A stretch of 64,000 bases of DNA from Auanema rhodensis. Lineage: Eukaryota > Animalia > Nematoda. Below are positions 1 to 13,256 of the stretch, in pieces; within the stretch, counting starts at the first letter, position 1; every line of letters begins with the position of its first letter. The DNA lies in NCBI GenBank assembly GCA_964057225.1, contig OZ059895.1:14384001-14448000 (forward strand), written 5' to 3'. The position numbers and the translations under genes were made by a program. The notes under the pieces were generated by a model. It had not been told where the DNA came from. It saw nothing but the letters and a program-made list of their open reading frames with translations, and ran no database searches.

Positions 1-2144
1 CGAAGCATTAGCTGGGCATCTCCGCTATAAGAAAGTGTACAGACACGACTGATGCTGATGATGATGACGTGACTTTAAGGAAAACTGATCGCATACGACC
101 CAGATCGAGCAGAAAGCAGCACTACTAGCAACAGTCAGCATTAGCAACTGGCGACGACATCGACGACGCTGATGGTGACGATCAGCGGTTCTTGGGGGCC
201 TCGTCGCTGTCTCTGTTTCTCTCTTCTTCTCATCCTATCCATCTTTTCTTGTTTAGTGTAGGATAGTCCGGTCGAATAAAGGACACGTGGCCAAGTTGGA
301 AGACAGGCTGTAGTGATTGGGGCTAAGGATTGTGGGAGGGGGGGGGAGTGAATCGGGTGTATAAGCAGAACGGATAGAAGGTCGAGAGACGATTAATTAA
401 TTAAAAAGAAAAAATTAACATGATAACGATTCAATTGAAGAAATATAAAAAAATTTATATAAAGAAATGTATACATATAGTTAGCATAGTTAACGATTTG
501 AGGGCAAAATGAGCGAAATGAACTAACTGTGTGGAAGAGGCAATGGTGGATATAAACAATCAAATGAACTAAAGATAAACATCAAAGGGTCAAAATATCA
601 TCATCATCGTCATCTTGTTCGCCATTTTTTCTTCCAAAAAACACTAAAATCTGCCATATACAAAAACTAAGTCGGAGATTGATGAGCCATAAAGTGATCA
701 AGATGAGGCTCCTGCTGCTACTGCTACTGCTACTGCTACTGCTCAACTTCTTCCTTATAGCAATATGTATGCTCAATATTAGGTCATGAAGAATATAATA
801 TATTTACTTTTTCATAGAAAATCTTTGAATATATCTCATAAGTACTATGGATATAATGGTAACAGGCAAAATAATTCTTGAAAAAAAATGAGTTTTTCAT
901 GAGAAAATGTAAAGAAACCTTTAAAACAAAGGCGGAGTAGATTTTAAGAATGTTTCAGAAAATTTCGAGAAAAAAACTTAAAAGAGATTAGGCTGACAAC
1001 GTTAGGAAAACCAAATGTAGACCAAAATTTAAAAAAATAAAGACAGAGAGAGGGAGAGAGAGAGAGAGAGAAACAGTTAAGAATCGAAGGGAGTTAATGC
1101 TATAAAACAGAAGAAACGGTGAAGACTGAAGTTCAGACAGTAGTTAGAAAGATATACGAAAAGAACACAGCTGACCTTATAACTTTGGCCGTGAGGAAAG
1201 AGAAGAGGATAGTGAACGTCCAATTACAACACAAAAATCAGAGAGAAATGAGAGAAAATAATATAATAAATAATAGTATATAAGTATAAGAGAGTATATA
1301 GATAATGGAAAAAAAAAGGAAAATTTAATGACTAAATCTTGAAACTTAGGTTCAAACTATAGCCAACAACTTGAAACATTTTTATTTATTTAAAAGACAG
1401 AGCAATAGATAGATACATTGATGCAAAAACATGAAGAAAAGAGAGGGAGATTGAAGAGTACAGAGGTGAAGGAAATAGTTAGAGAAACAAAGTCTATAAG
1501 ATGTGTTAGAGATACAGGGAAAAGTTGTAGAATGATCGAGAATATTTCAAAAATTAAATTACCTATTAGAATTTGAAAATCTTTTTATTTTGTTTTTAAA
1601 ACTTATTCTGTTATAATACTAATGATATTCATTAAATTATTACAAAAATAGCATTTAATTTGAATAAACTATATGGATGATGTGAAAATCAAAACGTTTA
1701 TGAAGAGAATTTATTATAATATAAGAATTAATATTTTACATTTATGAAAGGGAATTATCTGAATTAACTAGAACATTTCAAATTTACATTTTGCACGGAA
1801 AAGATTGGAAAACGTATGTAAGAATGGGAAGACCATCTTTAGGATTATCAGTCTGGAAACAGCTGTTGTTAACTGAAGTTTAACGTCTAGTACACATGAT
1901 AGAAATGAAACATTAGACATCAAAAACATTTGAAATTGATAAATTCAAATTGGTTTCGAAAAATAATTTATGTTTCATGTTTCGTTTTAATAAAAAAAAT
2001 ATAATGAAATGAATTTACGACCATTTTCTATTCTCAATTATTCATACATAGCACAACAGAACTGTTCACTTGACAGGTATGAAACACATCTTTCTTCTTA
2101 TTTTTTTCAAAACATCATTTTATATTCAGAAACATTGGCAATCG

Positions 2145-4190
2145 CTCATTTCGACCAAAATATTTGAAATGAACATCTCTCTAGTCATTACCATAGCCTG
2201 AGCAAGTTAGAACTCAAATTTGTGAGCTACTCTAGATACAGCCTGTATACAACCATCTCAACTATAATTCCCAAAACGATTATCATCCTTATTGATTTTT
2301 CAATTTTAAAAATCCAAAGAACTTGATTCATCCAATGATTTTCGATTCATGTTGCTCTCCAGTGGAGAGCGTTCCAAAATTTAATTCGAACACAGAATGT
2401 TTCTGGTTGAATCAGGAAAGTACCTCAAACTTGGGTAATTAAACCGAAGAAGCAGTGTCTCCTCCCAGTGGCATCAATGCACGTGTCGTATCACATAGAC
2501 GTGTTGTGTCTCTCCCCCCAACATGATAAAGACCGTCTCTCTTGACTTGACACCATGGGTCCTACACACGTGTAGGCTACATCTGAACTTGGCTCATCTT
2601 AACTATAATTCCCAGAATGATTATCATCTTCGTTGATTTTTCAATTTTAAAAATCCAAAGAACTTGATTCATCTAAGGATTTTCGATTCATGTTGCTCTC
2701 CAGTGGAGAGCGTTCCAAAATTTAATTCGAACACAGAATGTTTCTGGTTGAATCAGGAAAGTACCTCAAACTTGGGTAATTAAACCGACGAAGCAGTGTC
2801 ACCTCCCAGTGGCATCAATGCAAGTGTCGTATCACATAGACGTGTTGTGTCTCTCCCCCTTACATGATAAAGACCGTCTCTCTTGACTAGACACCATGGG
2901 TCATACACACGTGTAGGCTACATCTAAACTTGGCTCATCTCAACTATAATTCCCAAAACGATTATCATCCTTATTGATTTTTCAAGTTTAAAAATCCAAA
3001 GAACTTGATTCATCCAATGATTTTCGATTCATGTTGCTCTCCAGTGGAGAGCGTTCCAAAATTTAATTCGAACACAGAATGTTTCTGGTTGAATCAGGAA
3101 AGTACCTCAAACTTGGGTAATTAAACCGAAGATGCAGTGTCACCTCCCAGTGCCGTCAATGTGGGCGCCGTATCCCATTGGGGTGCTGTGTCTGTCTTTA
3201 ACCCACATAGAGATTGCCTCTCCACACTAGACAATGACTACTGCATATGAGCCTGAACCAGAAAGCAGCCTAGGTTTGTGACAATATCCGATATTGCCTG
3301 AATACAACTGCTCTTTCCTACTGAAGTTTAGCAATAAACGGTTATCTTCTTAAATTATATGAGCCTGAGCTACTTAGAACTTAAGTTTGTGAATAACCTC
3401 TCATACAGCCTGAATACAACTGCTCATCTCAACTATAATTCCCAAAACGATTATCATCCTTATTGATTTTTCAATTTTAAAAATCCAAAGAACTTGATTC
3501 ATCCAATGATTTTCGATTCATGTTGCTCTCCAGTGGAGAGCGTTCCAAAATTTAATTCGAACACAGAATGTTTCTGGTTGAATCAGGAAAGTACCTCAAA
3601 CTTGGGTAATTAAACCGACGATCCGGTGTCACCTCCCAGTGGCATCAATGCACGTGTCGTATCACATAGACGTGTTGTGTCTTTCCCCCCAACATGGTAT
3701 AGACCGTCTCTCTTGACTAGACACCATGGGTCATATACACGTGTAGGCTACATCGAACTTGGCTCATCTCAACTACAATTCCCAGAATGATTATCATCCT
3801 CATTGATTTTTCAATTGTAAAAATCCAAAGAACTTGATTCATCTAATGATTTTCGATTCATGTTGCTCTCCAGTGGAGAGCGTTCCAAAATTTAATTCGA
3901 ACACAGAATGTTTCTGGTTGAATCAGGAAAGTACCTCAAACTTGGGTAATTAAACCGAAGATGCAGTGTCACCTCCCAGTGCCGTCAATGTAGGCGCCGT
4001 ATCCCATTGGGGTGCTGTGTCTGTCTTTAACCCACATAGAGATTGCCTCTCTTCCCCAGACAGAGACTGTCTGAATTATATGCTCAGCTATCTCGACCAA
4101 AATATTATATAATATTTAAAATGAACATCTATCTGCTCAATTTCTATGATCCTGAGCAACTTAGAACTTAAATTTGTGGGCAAACCTCCA
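2145..4190. repeat. Higher-order tandem repeat: five ~341-bp units plus three copies of a ~70-110-bp linker
   Basis: Units begin CATCT(C/T)AACTA(T/C)AATTCCC at 2254, 2595, 2936, 3425 and 3765 (periods 341, 341, 489, 340). A ~110-bp core (GATTTTCGATTCATG...GGGTAATTAAACCGA) is identical in all five. Unit tails are type A (copies 1, 2, 4) or type B (copies 3, 5). Linker CCTGAGC..TTAGAACT..A.TTTGTG lies at ~2197, ~3364 and ~4151. Confidence 0.95.
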
Positions 4191-7100
4191 ATAACTAATA
4201 AAGATCGAATTTTCTAATTAACTTTGCTCTTTATCAATATTTTCAAGAACTCTTGAACTGCATTAATTTCGAAAATATTTAAAGAAAATGTCAAATTAGT
4301 TGAGTAGAATGGTTTTATTATAAATTAAAGTTAAATATATGCATTAATTATTATATTATTTACATATACATGTATAATATTTATATTTTCTTAATCATTT
4401 TCTTTTATCTTTTCTTCTTTTTTTTTCGTTTTTTTGATAATAAAATTAGTCTATTGCCTAAAAGCTATAAATGGTCATGTTCCCACGGTTTTTTTATCAA
4501 AACGAACAGCCATTTAAAAGAAAAAAAATAAATAAAGAAATCGGGAATATCTATTGCTAGATGTATAAACTGGACCAGTTTCGTTTCAATGATAAGCCCT
4601 GATGATGCTGTTGGAACATAACATCCTGGGAGGATTTTATCTTTCAGGTAGGTCCCGTAACGAAGAAACGTTTGCTTTGAAAATGAGAGATGGTCGTCGA
4701 CGGTCTGAGCCAGTATAGAAGAAGCTATAAGCACTGATAATAGAAGAAGTAAAGTACAAATTCATAGAAAACATTGAAGAACTTAACTATATGATATAAA
4801 TAAAAATATTGTGGAAAAATGAGAAAAAGTTTTCAATTTAAGATCAAAGAATAGCCGAAATAGGCTAACTAATCATTATAAAGGTCAGAGCTTGAGGAAG
4901 AATACAGGAGTAGCTAGTTGCTACTGTTCAAAATGGTCTGTTGTTCGTTCATCTAATGTCTTCGAGTTCATTTGTTCAGGGCTAATATATAACGTTGAGT
5001 AGGGCCATTAGCTCTTATCGAATTGTCGTCATCTTTTTGGAGCTTTTTGAATAGAAATACGATGAATAAGATGAGATGAGAGACGAAGTTAAAGCATTTA
5101 TATAATTTAAAAAAAATAAAAATAAGTTATACTATACGTATAGTTAGAGTATAAGAAAGTGCATAAGTGAAATGGACGAGAAAAAAAAACTTTTTTAACC
5201 CAAAAAGATGATAAGAATTGGGATTGATTAGGCTTTTTCAATCAATGAACTTATATATGGCCATCATAAATTAAAATATATATTTTTTCATTTTCTCTCA
5301 CCTTTTACATCTTCAAAAATCTTTTTTTTAATTATTTAAAAGAATAATTTCTTATCTTAGATTTGATATTTTTGAAAAAAAATATATATAAACAAGCTCA
5401 TATTCACATATCTAACTCTGCTTATATCATATAGTTAATATAGAAGGAGAACCCTTTTACGAACATATAAATAGCATAATTAAGAGATAATTTTAATAAA
5501 ATGTGAAGAAGAAGAAGAAGAAGAAGAAGGTGTTCCGTTTTCATCTCACTTCGACTTAACTCACTCTTATTCCAAGCAGCATCTCTTGCTTGTCTCGTCG
5601 GCTGTCAGCAGTCTTATAATTTCTTGCCGTCGGTTGTCTTTCATCTTATAATATACGGTGGTTAGGCTTTCTGCCTGATGGGACCTCCGTACTGACGTTA
5701 GAAGTCAATAAAGAAAACGATAGGAAGATGGAGCTGACTTCTGCTTCTCATCTTTTATTCAACTTCTAGCCTTCACTATCAACTTCTGATTCATTATTTT
5801 TGAATCAATTACTATATTAACTATATAATTAGTTAGTTTTTTTCTTTTAATTTAGATTATATCAATGAGATAATTTAGTTATTCCTTTTTCAAAATATCA
5901 CATGTATGTATCTAAGCTGTGTCAGCATGATATGCTTCAACTCTTTCTCTCTCTCTTTCCTTTTTTTGCTCCAAAAAACTGATTTTTCTTTCTTTTATAT
6001 TTATGTTTTCTCAGTATTTCTATTCTATAATCTAACATCCGGATGTAACCATACATCTGCCTGGTACACACCATCATAATCTTATTTCATGAATCCAACA
6101 ATCCTTTGCTCACTCACATCTCACTCATTTCAACCTGCTTTTCCCTACATTCTCTGTCTTCTTTCATAGATTTTCAAGCTACAACTACTAAAGTAAATCA
6201 TTGTATTCATGTTAGAAACACAACATCATGACGCTCCCCCCCAACCCTTCCCATTTCTCCCTCAGTTCTCTTTCATTCTCTCTCTCTTTTTCTTCATTTC
6301 CTTTCTACTCCCTCAATTGCTTAATATCCCCCCCCCCAATGGATTGTATGTTGTTGCTTGTCCTTGCATCGTCTTGACGACTACCGTTTCAAGTCATCTG
6401 CAAATCTTCAGTAATCATGTAAAGTATCACGTCTACCATCTGCGCATACGTCATCTGGAGTCCACGGACGTTCGTCGGCAACGTTTCCGTCAGCTTGTTT
6501 ACGAGTCTTTTACGATCGTCAATCGAGACCATAATTATGAATCGTTGTACTTGCTTGAACTCTTGCAGAATACAGAAGATAGAGCGAGAGATAGAGAGAG
6601 AGAGCATGCATATCCTTCTCCTGTTATCTTATGACTTTCTCCTCTCTCTCTCATCTCCTCTCTCTTTCCCTCTCTCTCTCTCTATCTCTCTCTCTCTTAC
6701 CAGTTATGAATCCAGACTCAAAATACATAATGATCACAGCTGATATAGCCATCTGAACTACTCTACTATCCTCGCTCTTCCTTATATGTCGGACAGTTGT
6801 AAAACAATCCGTAATTATACATATAATAAAAAAATTTTATTATACAGTAATTATAATGTTTTTAATAATTTTTTTCGAAAATTGTCTCATAATGATAGGA
6901 TAAGACAGGTTGAACACCGGCACCCGATTGTCGGAACTATCTCACTAAAGCTCATTAATTTTCAGCATAACAACAATATGAGCTTAACTACCTATTAAAA
7001 GAAAATAAAAGAAAATATTTTCATTAAAAACATCGATAACTTATAAGATTTAATGAAGTTAGCCATGCTACATCATACATGTCTCATTAACTATATGAAT

Positions 7101-10100
7101 TCAACTGATGTGACATGTCTGCTGTTATGAAGAAGCAGCTTCAAGCTTCATGCGTATGTTGAGTTCTTCCCTCGATTTCACATAATATCACATATTATAT
7201 GTTTAACTTAAAGGTGTTTTTTACACATAATAACGGAAAAATACAGGGACGAAAAAAAGATTTTTTTCTAATTTATTGCCACATACACATATATCTCACA
7301 CTTTTTTTTTCTTTTTCAACTTGGCGGCCAACTTAAAAGGAAACGAGGACGATACTTAACACCTGCCACTATAAAGAACATCCCAAGAATTTTTCAACAG
7401 GCCACACATATAGCTCTTGCACCTAATCCAGAACGAATCTCATTTTTTGCGGATAAAAATGAAAAATTGTGAAGAAACAGCTGATGACCTAGCATGGTAT
7501 GCTAGCTGTAGCTAGCAGCTATCACGATATGCTAGTGAGTATATGAAGAATTCAGAGAGAAAATAGAGAGCTGTATCTCAGATAGAACGAACTGTTCATC
7601 TTCAAATCATAAAATCTCTCTTTACTCCTTTCGTTTCAATGTCTCTCTCTCTTTTCTCTCTCATATTTTCAGATTCTCTCTAACTCTTTTTCCCTCTATC
7701 TTTCCAGCCTCGAACATTTACTCTTAATCGCCTCTTCAACGTCTTCTTCTTTCTTCCATCTTGATTTATACTCTGCTTTCCCGAACAGGTTCATTCCACA
7801 AGACAGCCACTTTTCTTCGACTCTTTCATCTTGCCGCCTCGCTCTGCAGTCATCTATAGCCTTCCGTCCTCTCTTCATCAGGCTACTATCAAACTAACTC
7901 CGAGAGTTCTCTCTCTCTTTCTTTCTGTCTCTTATCTCTTCTACTCTCTCTATCAGATGTCTGCCCACTTCCAAATCAGTCGCTTTTGGCTTATTTCCAA
8001 ATTAATTTCTCATTTCCTTCATATGAACCTATAGCAGAATCTGATTCACCCCTGTAATAGTTCATTATATCTTACTATCAGGCAGCTCTAAAGCTACTTC
8101 TCATCTACCGTATAAGCAATACTTGATGATCTTTACCTCAAGCATGTCATTCTACTCTTCTACCTTCATGTTTCACTATCATTCAACTTCAATATTCAAA
8201 GATTTAAAGCTTAAAGGCAGTCCACGTGTAGTTGTGACTCAAGTCATATCTGATGTCGTCAAGCTTTCATTCCCGATACTCCAATGTGATTTATCGGCAA
8301 ATTTCGTAAGCAATAATGAGTTTCATCACAAAAACACTAAAAATCTCTCTTTCACTGATTCTTCTGCTGTTCTTACCGTTTTCTCTCCCTCTCTCTCTCT
8401 CTTTCTCTCTTCACACCCCCTTCTTCATCCAACCCTTTCACCTTCTCACTCTCTCTTTATATATATTTTCTCTTTTTCTTTGATTAACAGCTGTGTATTC
8501 AAGTTTTACTAACTTAAGCATGAATACGTGTGAGCTCATTCAACATCATACCCTTCAATACCAGCTTCAATTTATCAAATCTCATAGCTTTTCTAAGTTA
8601 CATCACACTCACTACTCTGAAAAATCCAATTTTGACCATATTCTACAGTATTCCCTCCATTTTAAGCAAAAATTAATTGAAACGGATTTCCTTTTTTCGC
8701 GTAAATCCGTCCTTGATAGGTTTTCATTTTATTCCATCTACTCATCCAACCTTTTCATCCAATTCTCACACATCTCAATCCTCCTCTTCTCCCCTCCCTC
8801 TCTCTCTCTCTCTCTCTTTGTCAGTTCTACCTCCCTTGTTCCGACCTTCCATCTTCGTGTATTTAGCTCTTGATGACTTTCTTCAAACGATTTTCCCGAA
8901 TCAACCACATAAGGTTTTGCAACAAAAAAAAAAGGAAAACCAGCATTCAAGTTACTGTAGTCGCCCGTAACCTCTTCTTAAGCTGTCGCTTTGATTGATA
9001 ATGATAGTCGAATAACCAATCCTCTCCCATCTTCCTCAACTTCCTCCGCCTCTTTCTTCTTGTCGTTATCTCTTCTATCTTTCAGCTTTTCTATTCAATT
9101 TATCCTATTATTCTTGATTGTCTCTCAATCTGCCATACTATTTCTCTAAACTTTGCTTCCAGCTTCAACTTTATGCTCTAAAATATCTGAAAATCACTCG
9201 TGTTCAGCACTTCATCTACTTATTTTTCTTTTTATCTTCTCGTTTCCGTTTCAGACTTTTCAACTGTTACACCTGATATCCAGGTGCTATGAGTAAAAGG
9301 ATTTCCTCATTAACTATATTTAACTATATTCTACTTCTATATATAGCATAATACCATATAGTTTATATTTATTTTATATTTCACCCTTTTTCAATGATAA
9401 TTTCTTGTCTTCCTTTTCTTCTTCGTCTTCATCTATTTCGTGGTCTTGTCTCATCCTTATATCATCTTTTACTTATATTATATGGTTATCTAGCTCTATA
9501 GCTAACTATGTATATCCATTTACAACACTACTATCTGACAATCGTTTCTATCACCTTTCAATGCTTCTCCTTCTTCGTCAAGCTACATCAGTCAAACACA
9601 TCCTCATGTTGAATCCAGCTGTGTACATTCGTATAACCCCCCACAGTGGGTGTCCAATCACTTCAATGAAAGCTTTGAACGGCAGAAATAACCAAAGACA
9701 TATGAAGAAGAGAAAGAAGACGAACAAGAAGATGAAGATGCTAACGCTGCAAACTATTGTCTGAGCGCTACCTGACTGTCTGACCCGCCTGCCTGTCTGG
9801 CTTGCCTAACTACCATGACGATCGTAATCTGCATGTATTATTGGTATTCAGATGACATTGACTACATAAGAACAAGACAATATCACCGGAATATACGATG
9901 TATGTTGTTGTTGTTGTTCTAACAAATGCCCACAATCGTCATCCTGATGAAGCCTGACGAGCTGGAAAATCAGAAAATTTCTCGAGAAAGCAGCCTTAAT
10001 CATGAAATGAATAAGCTTTTGCATAACTAACTATCATATTCATACCATATAGTAAACCAATAAAACCTCCATTCCCCATTCTTCTTTACTCTTTTCCTCA

Positions 10101-12323
10101 GTTTGTGCCTTAACCTCGCCCTTGGTATCGTTCCATACAAATTCAAATCATCGCCAATCACCCGTAGCGCCAATTGCGGCTTGGGATCTTGTTCGTTTCT
10201 GTTGTCTCCAGAGCCAGGCTAGGTTGGCTACTATACGTTCCTTATAGCCATCAGACAGCACCATCTGAAATCCATCTGTACTACATACCACACTTCTTTA
10301 GAAATTTGTGTTTTTGTCATTAAAATCATTATGAATTGCCTGTCTCATCATGAAGATGTTCAATATTTTGGTAATTCCGTCCCCTCCTTCTTTCTCTGAT
10401 CCTTCATATGTAACTCTAAATCAAAAATAGAGTGTAAACCTACTTTTAACTATAACATTTTGATGATGATAATTAGTAGACAAGTAATATTCCATTAACT
10501 ATAATTTATAGTTAACTAACCTATTCATATAATCAGATTTATGATTCTTCCTTCACTTTTCAAAAGCTTTTATTAACCTACAAGTCATCTAGTAGCCTTA
10601 TGCTCATCCATCGTCTGTCTGTCTCTCTGTCTGTCTCTCTGTCTTCTATACAGTCAAATACAAGCATGTGCTTGTAAAATATCTACATGACACATATATT
10701 CTTCTTCTTCTTTCTTATTTATATTCACATAAATAATCTTAAATGTTTGTTTACCGTAATCTATGATTCAAAATCTGAATGAACAAGTTACTAGTTGGCT
10801 GGTTCATATCAAGTTCAAACGAAATAGTCTAATGAGTCACGTGTATGACGCAATATTTCCGTGAGATTTCGTTCAAATTTCATTTTCAACCTGCTAATTG
10901 CACGAATCGGTTGGTTGTCACATATTACTTAGATCACTATTTTGCTTTTCAATTAATCTTAATTAAATATAAATAGTTAAAGAATACACTGAAAAATGAA
11001 AAATAATGCTCGTAATGCTCTTAATGCTCAAAATCCCACATTTCTGAAATGCTTTAAACTGATCGAAATATTTTGACATTTCGTTCTGTGTCATTTACAC
11101 GTAGAAACATAGAATTCTCGAAATCCAATGAGCAATTTACCTGTTTCTGAGGATTTATAACATCGTTTAGCTGTTTTATGGACCAACAGGGAGCAGGTTG
11201 GCCATTCACGAATTCATATCATGTCGTATCTTCTCATCCTTAATCGCTCATTATGTATCAGGCTAATGCTAGTTTGAATGAGAAATTAGAGTTTAATGGA
11301 GTATAATAGTAAATTAGAGAGGAATAGAGAAATAAAGAAAAATAAAAAGGTAAATTAGTTCTTGAACATGAAGTATTAAGCTCTAAGATGATACATTGGT
11401 CAGCTGGTTCAACAAATTTTATTTTATTTTCATTTGAATTATCTCATTGCTCATATAAACAGATAAACACGAATAGAATTATCAAAACTCTCTCTCTCTC
11501 TCCCTCTCCCTCTCCCTCTCTTTTTCCTGGTCCACACATCACCCCTTTTCTTTGCCTCTCTGTCAATGTTCCCTGCAATGCTCTGACTCTACAGCTCCAA
11601 CAGGTACTGCTGCTCCGAGCAGCTGATCGGCATTTCTAACAATTTAATTGAAATCGTTAAAAAACTTGTCAGACTACATCCAGAACTTGGAACCAATTCT
11701 TCAGTATCTTGACATCCGACATTCGTTTTTCAACGTTCGTCGTTTCTCTTTGAGCAAGCCCACCGTGAAAAGAAAAATGTATTTGCATCTGCCCCCACCC
11801 CTCAACCTCCTTCCTCCACTTCTTTAATTGTAAATTCCGTGTCTAAATCATATTCCCTCTCTTATGCCTTCTTTCCCTCTATTTGTCTCTCTCTCACTCG
11901 CCTTCTTCGTAAATTGGAAGCAAGATAGTGAGAAATAGAAGAGAGAAAGAGAATGAAAAGGAGTTTGTGTAGAAAACTTAAAAGAGAAAGAGAAATAGTT
12001 CCATATGGATCTAACTATACGGATGGTCAAAATGATGTTTTGTGAACTTTGACGAGAAAAAAACCTCTTTATGAGCTGTAATTCGTAAAGAATGTGTTAG
12101 TTTAAGTAAGTTAGCCTATACATGTGGTCTTATATGAAAATTAGAAGAAAACCATCTGATTTATTATGAAAATATCTCTCAAACTTTCATTTTTTCAATC
12201 AAAAAACACACATAAACATCTTGGTGACACTTCAACACACAATGACAAAGCTGTCACACAGTTCACAGGTGTATCAACTAACTTGAAGTCGAAATGAAAG
12301 CATCTGGAGAATGCTGAATCCGG

Positions 12324-12329
<6 letters not shown>

Positions 12330-12370
<41 letters not shown>
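12330..12370. repeat. (GA)n microsatellite
   Basis: About 20 uninterrupted GA units. Confidence 0.95.
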
Positions 12371-12372
<2 letters not shown>

Positions 12373-13170
12373 TAGAGAGAGAGACAATGGTAATCTAAAC
12401 AGATGAGTAAGGAAAACCAACATGGCTTTTCCTTACTCATTGCTTTCAATACCATCTATCTTCTAACTTTTTGGATTAATGAAGATGAGCAAAATCTTAG
12501 GCTCTACCGTAATATACCAACATTCTTCTACTAAATATCGTGCTTTTCCTTCAATTCTTTAATGAATTAGGAGAATATTGTAACGTCTTGTTGTCAACGA
12601 TGACCAGTTTGTCAACTATGTTCCTTTTCAAATCGTTCATTGCCTCATCGTATATCTTCTTTATTGCTTTTCTTTTTAACCAGGTGAGAGCAGTTCTCGA
12701 ACTTGACCGAACAAGCTCTTTCATCTCGCCGACATCTCTTAGCTTATCTTAACTAAACTCTGATTCACAGCTTCATTTCATTCCAAGAGAGGATTTTTCT
12801 AATCAGACCGATAGTTCTCAAACGTATTTCTTCACATCCTCATCATGATTTTCACTCTCATAATCTAACTGACACATTACTATACCTGACACCTTAAAAT
12901 CCAATTCCATCACTTCTTTTCTTCCTTTTTTTAACTTTTTTTCTCAAAAAAAAAGTTTTTATTTTCCTAATTCATTTATTCGTAGCTCATCTTCTCATCA
13001 TTACTCATCATCCAATCCATATGCGGTCGTCTGTATACGTCTTCAGCGGCAAAAGCATCTCCTTCGTCCTCCTCCTCTCCCACTACCTCTGTCTGTGTCA
13101 TCAGCATCAATCCTCATCAAATCATAAGCTTTTCTTTAATAAAGTTCATTCTTTTTCATTTCAAACATAC

Positions 13171-13256
13171 GTCTCCCTCTCTCTCTCTCTCTCTCCTCCT
13201 CCTCTCTCTCTCTCTCTCTCTCTCTCCCTCTCTCTCTTTCTTTTTTTTCTCTCTCT
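13171..13256. repeat. Interrupted (CT)n microsatellite / polypyrimidine tract
   Basis: Direct reading of sequence. Confidence 0.9.

Noticed and set aside
1-260. Possible 5' end of a divergent Hox gene (mab-5) on the minus strand
   Set aside because: An acceptor-like TTCTTATAG is present near position 26-34, but no recognisable MAB-5 peptide. Any gene would lie outside the window.
2254-4050. CRISPR-like or protein-coding repeat array
   Set aside because: Eukaryotic context, units of 341 bp, tails that recur instead of being unique spacers, and no ORF of 60 aa or more in the track.
10224-10250. Spaced palindrome TGGCTA-N14-TAGCCA as a DNA-elimination or other recognition site
   Set aside because: 6-bp arms are expected by chance, there is no adjacent TTAGGC array and I cannot verify a consensus match.
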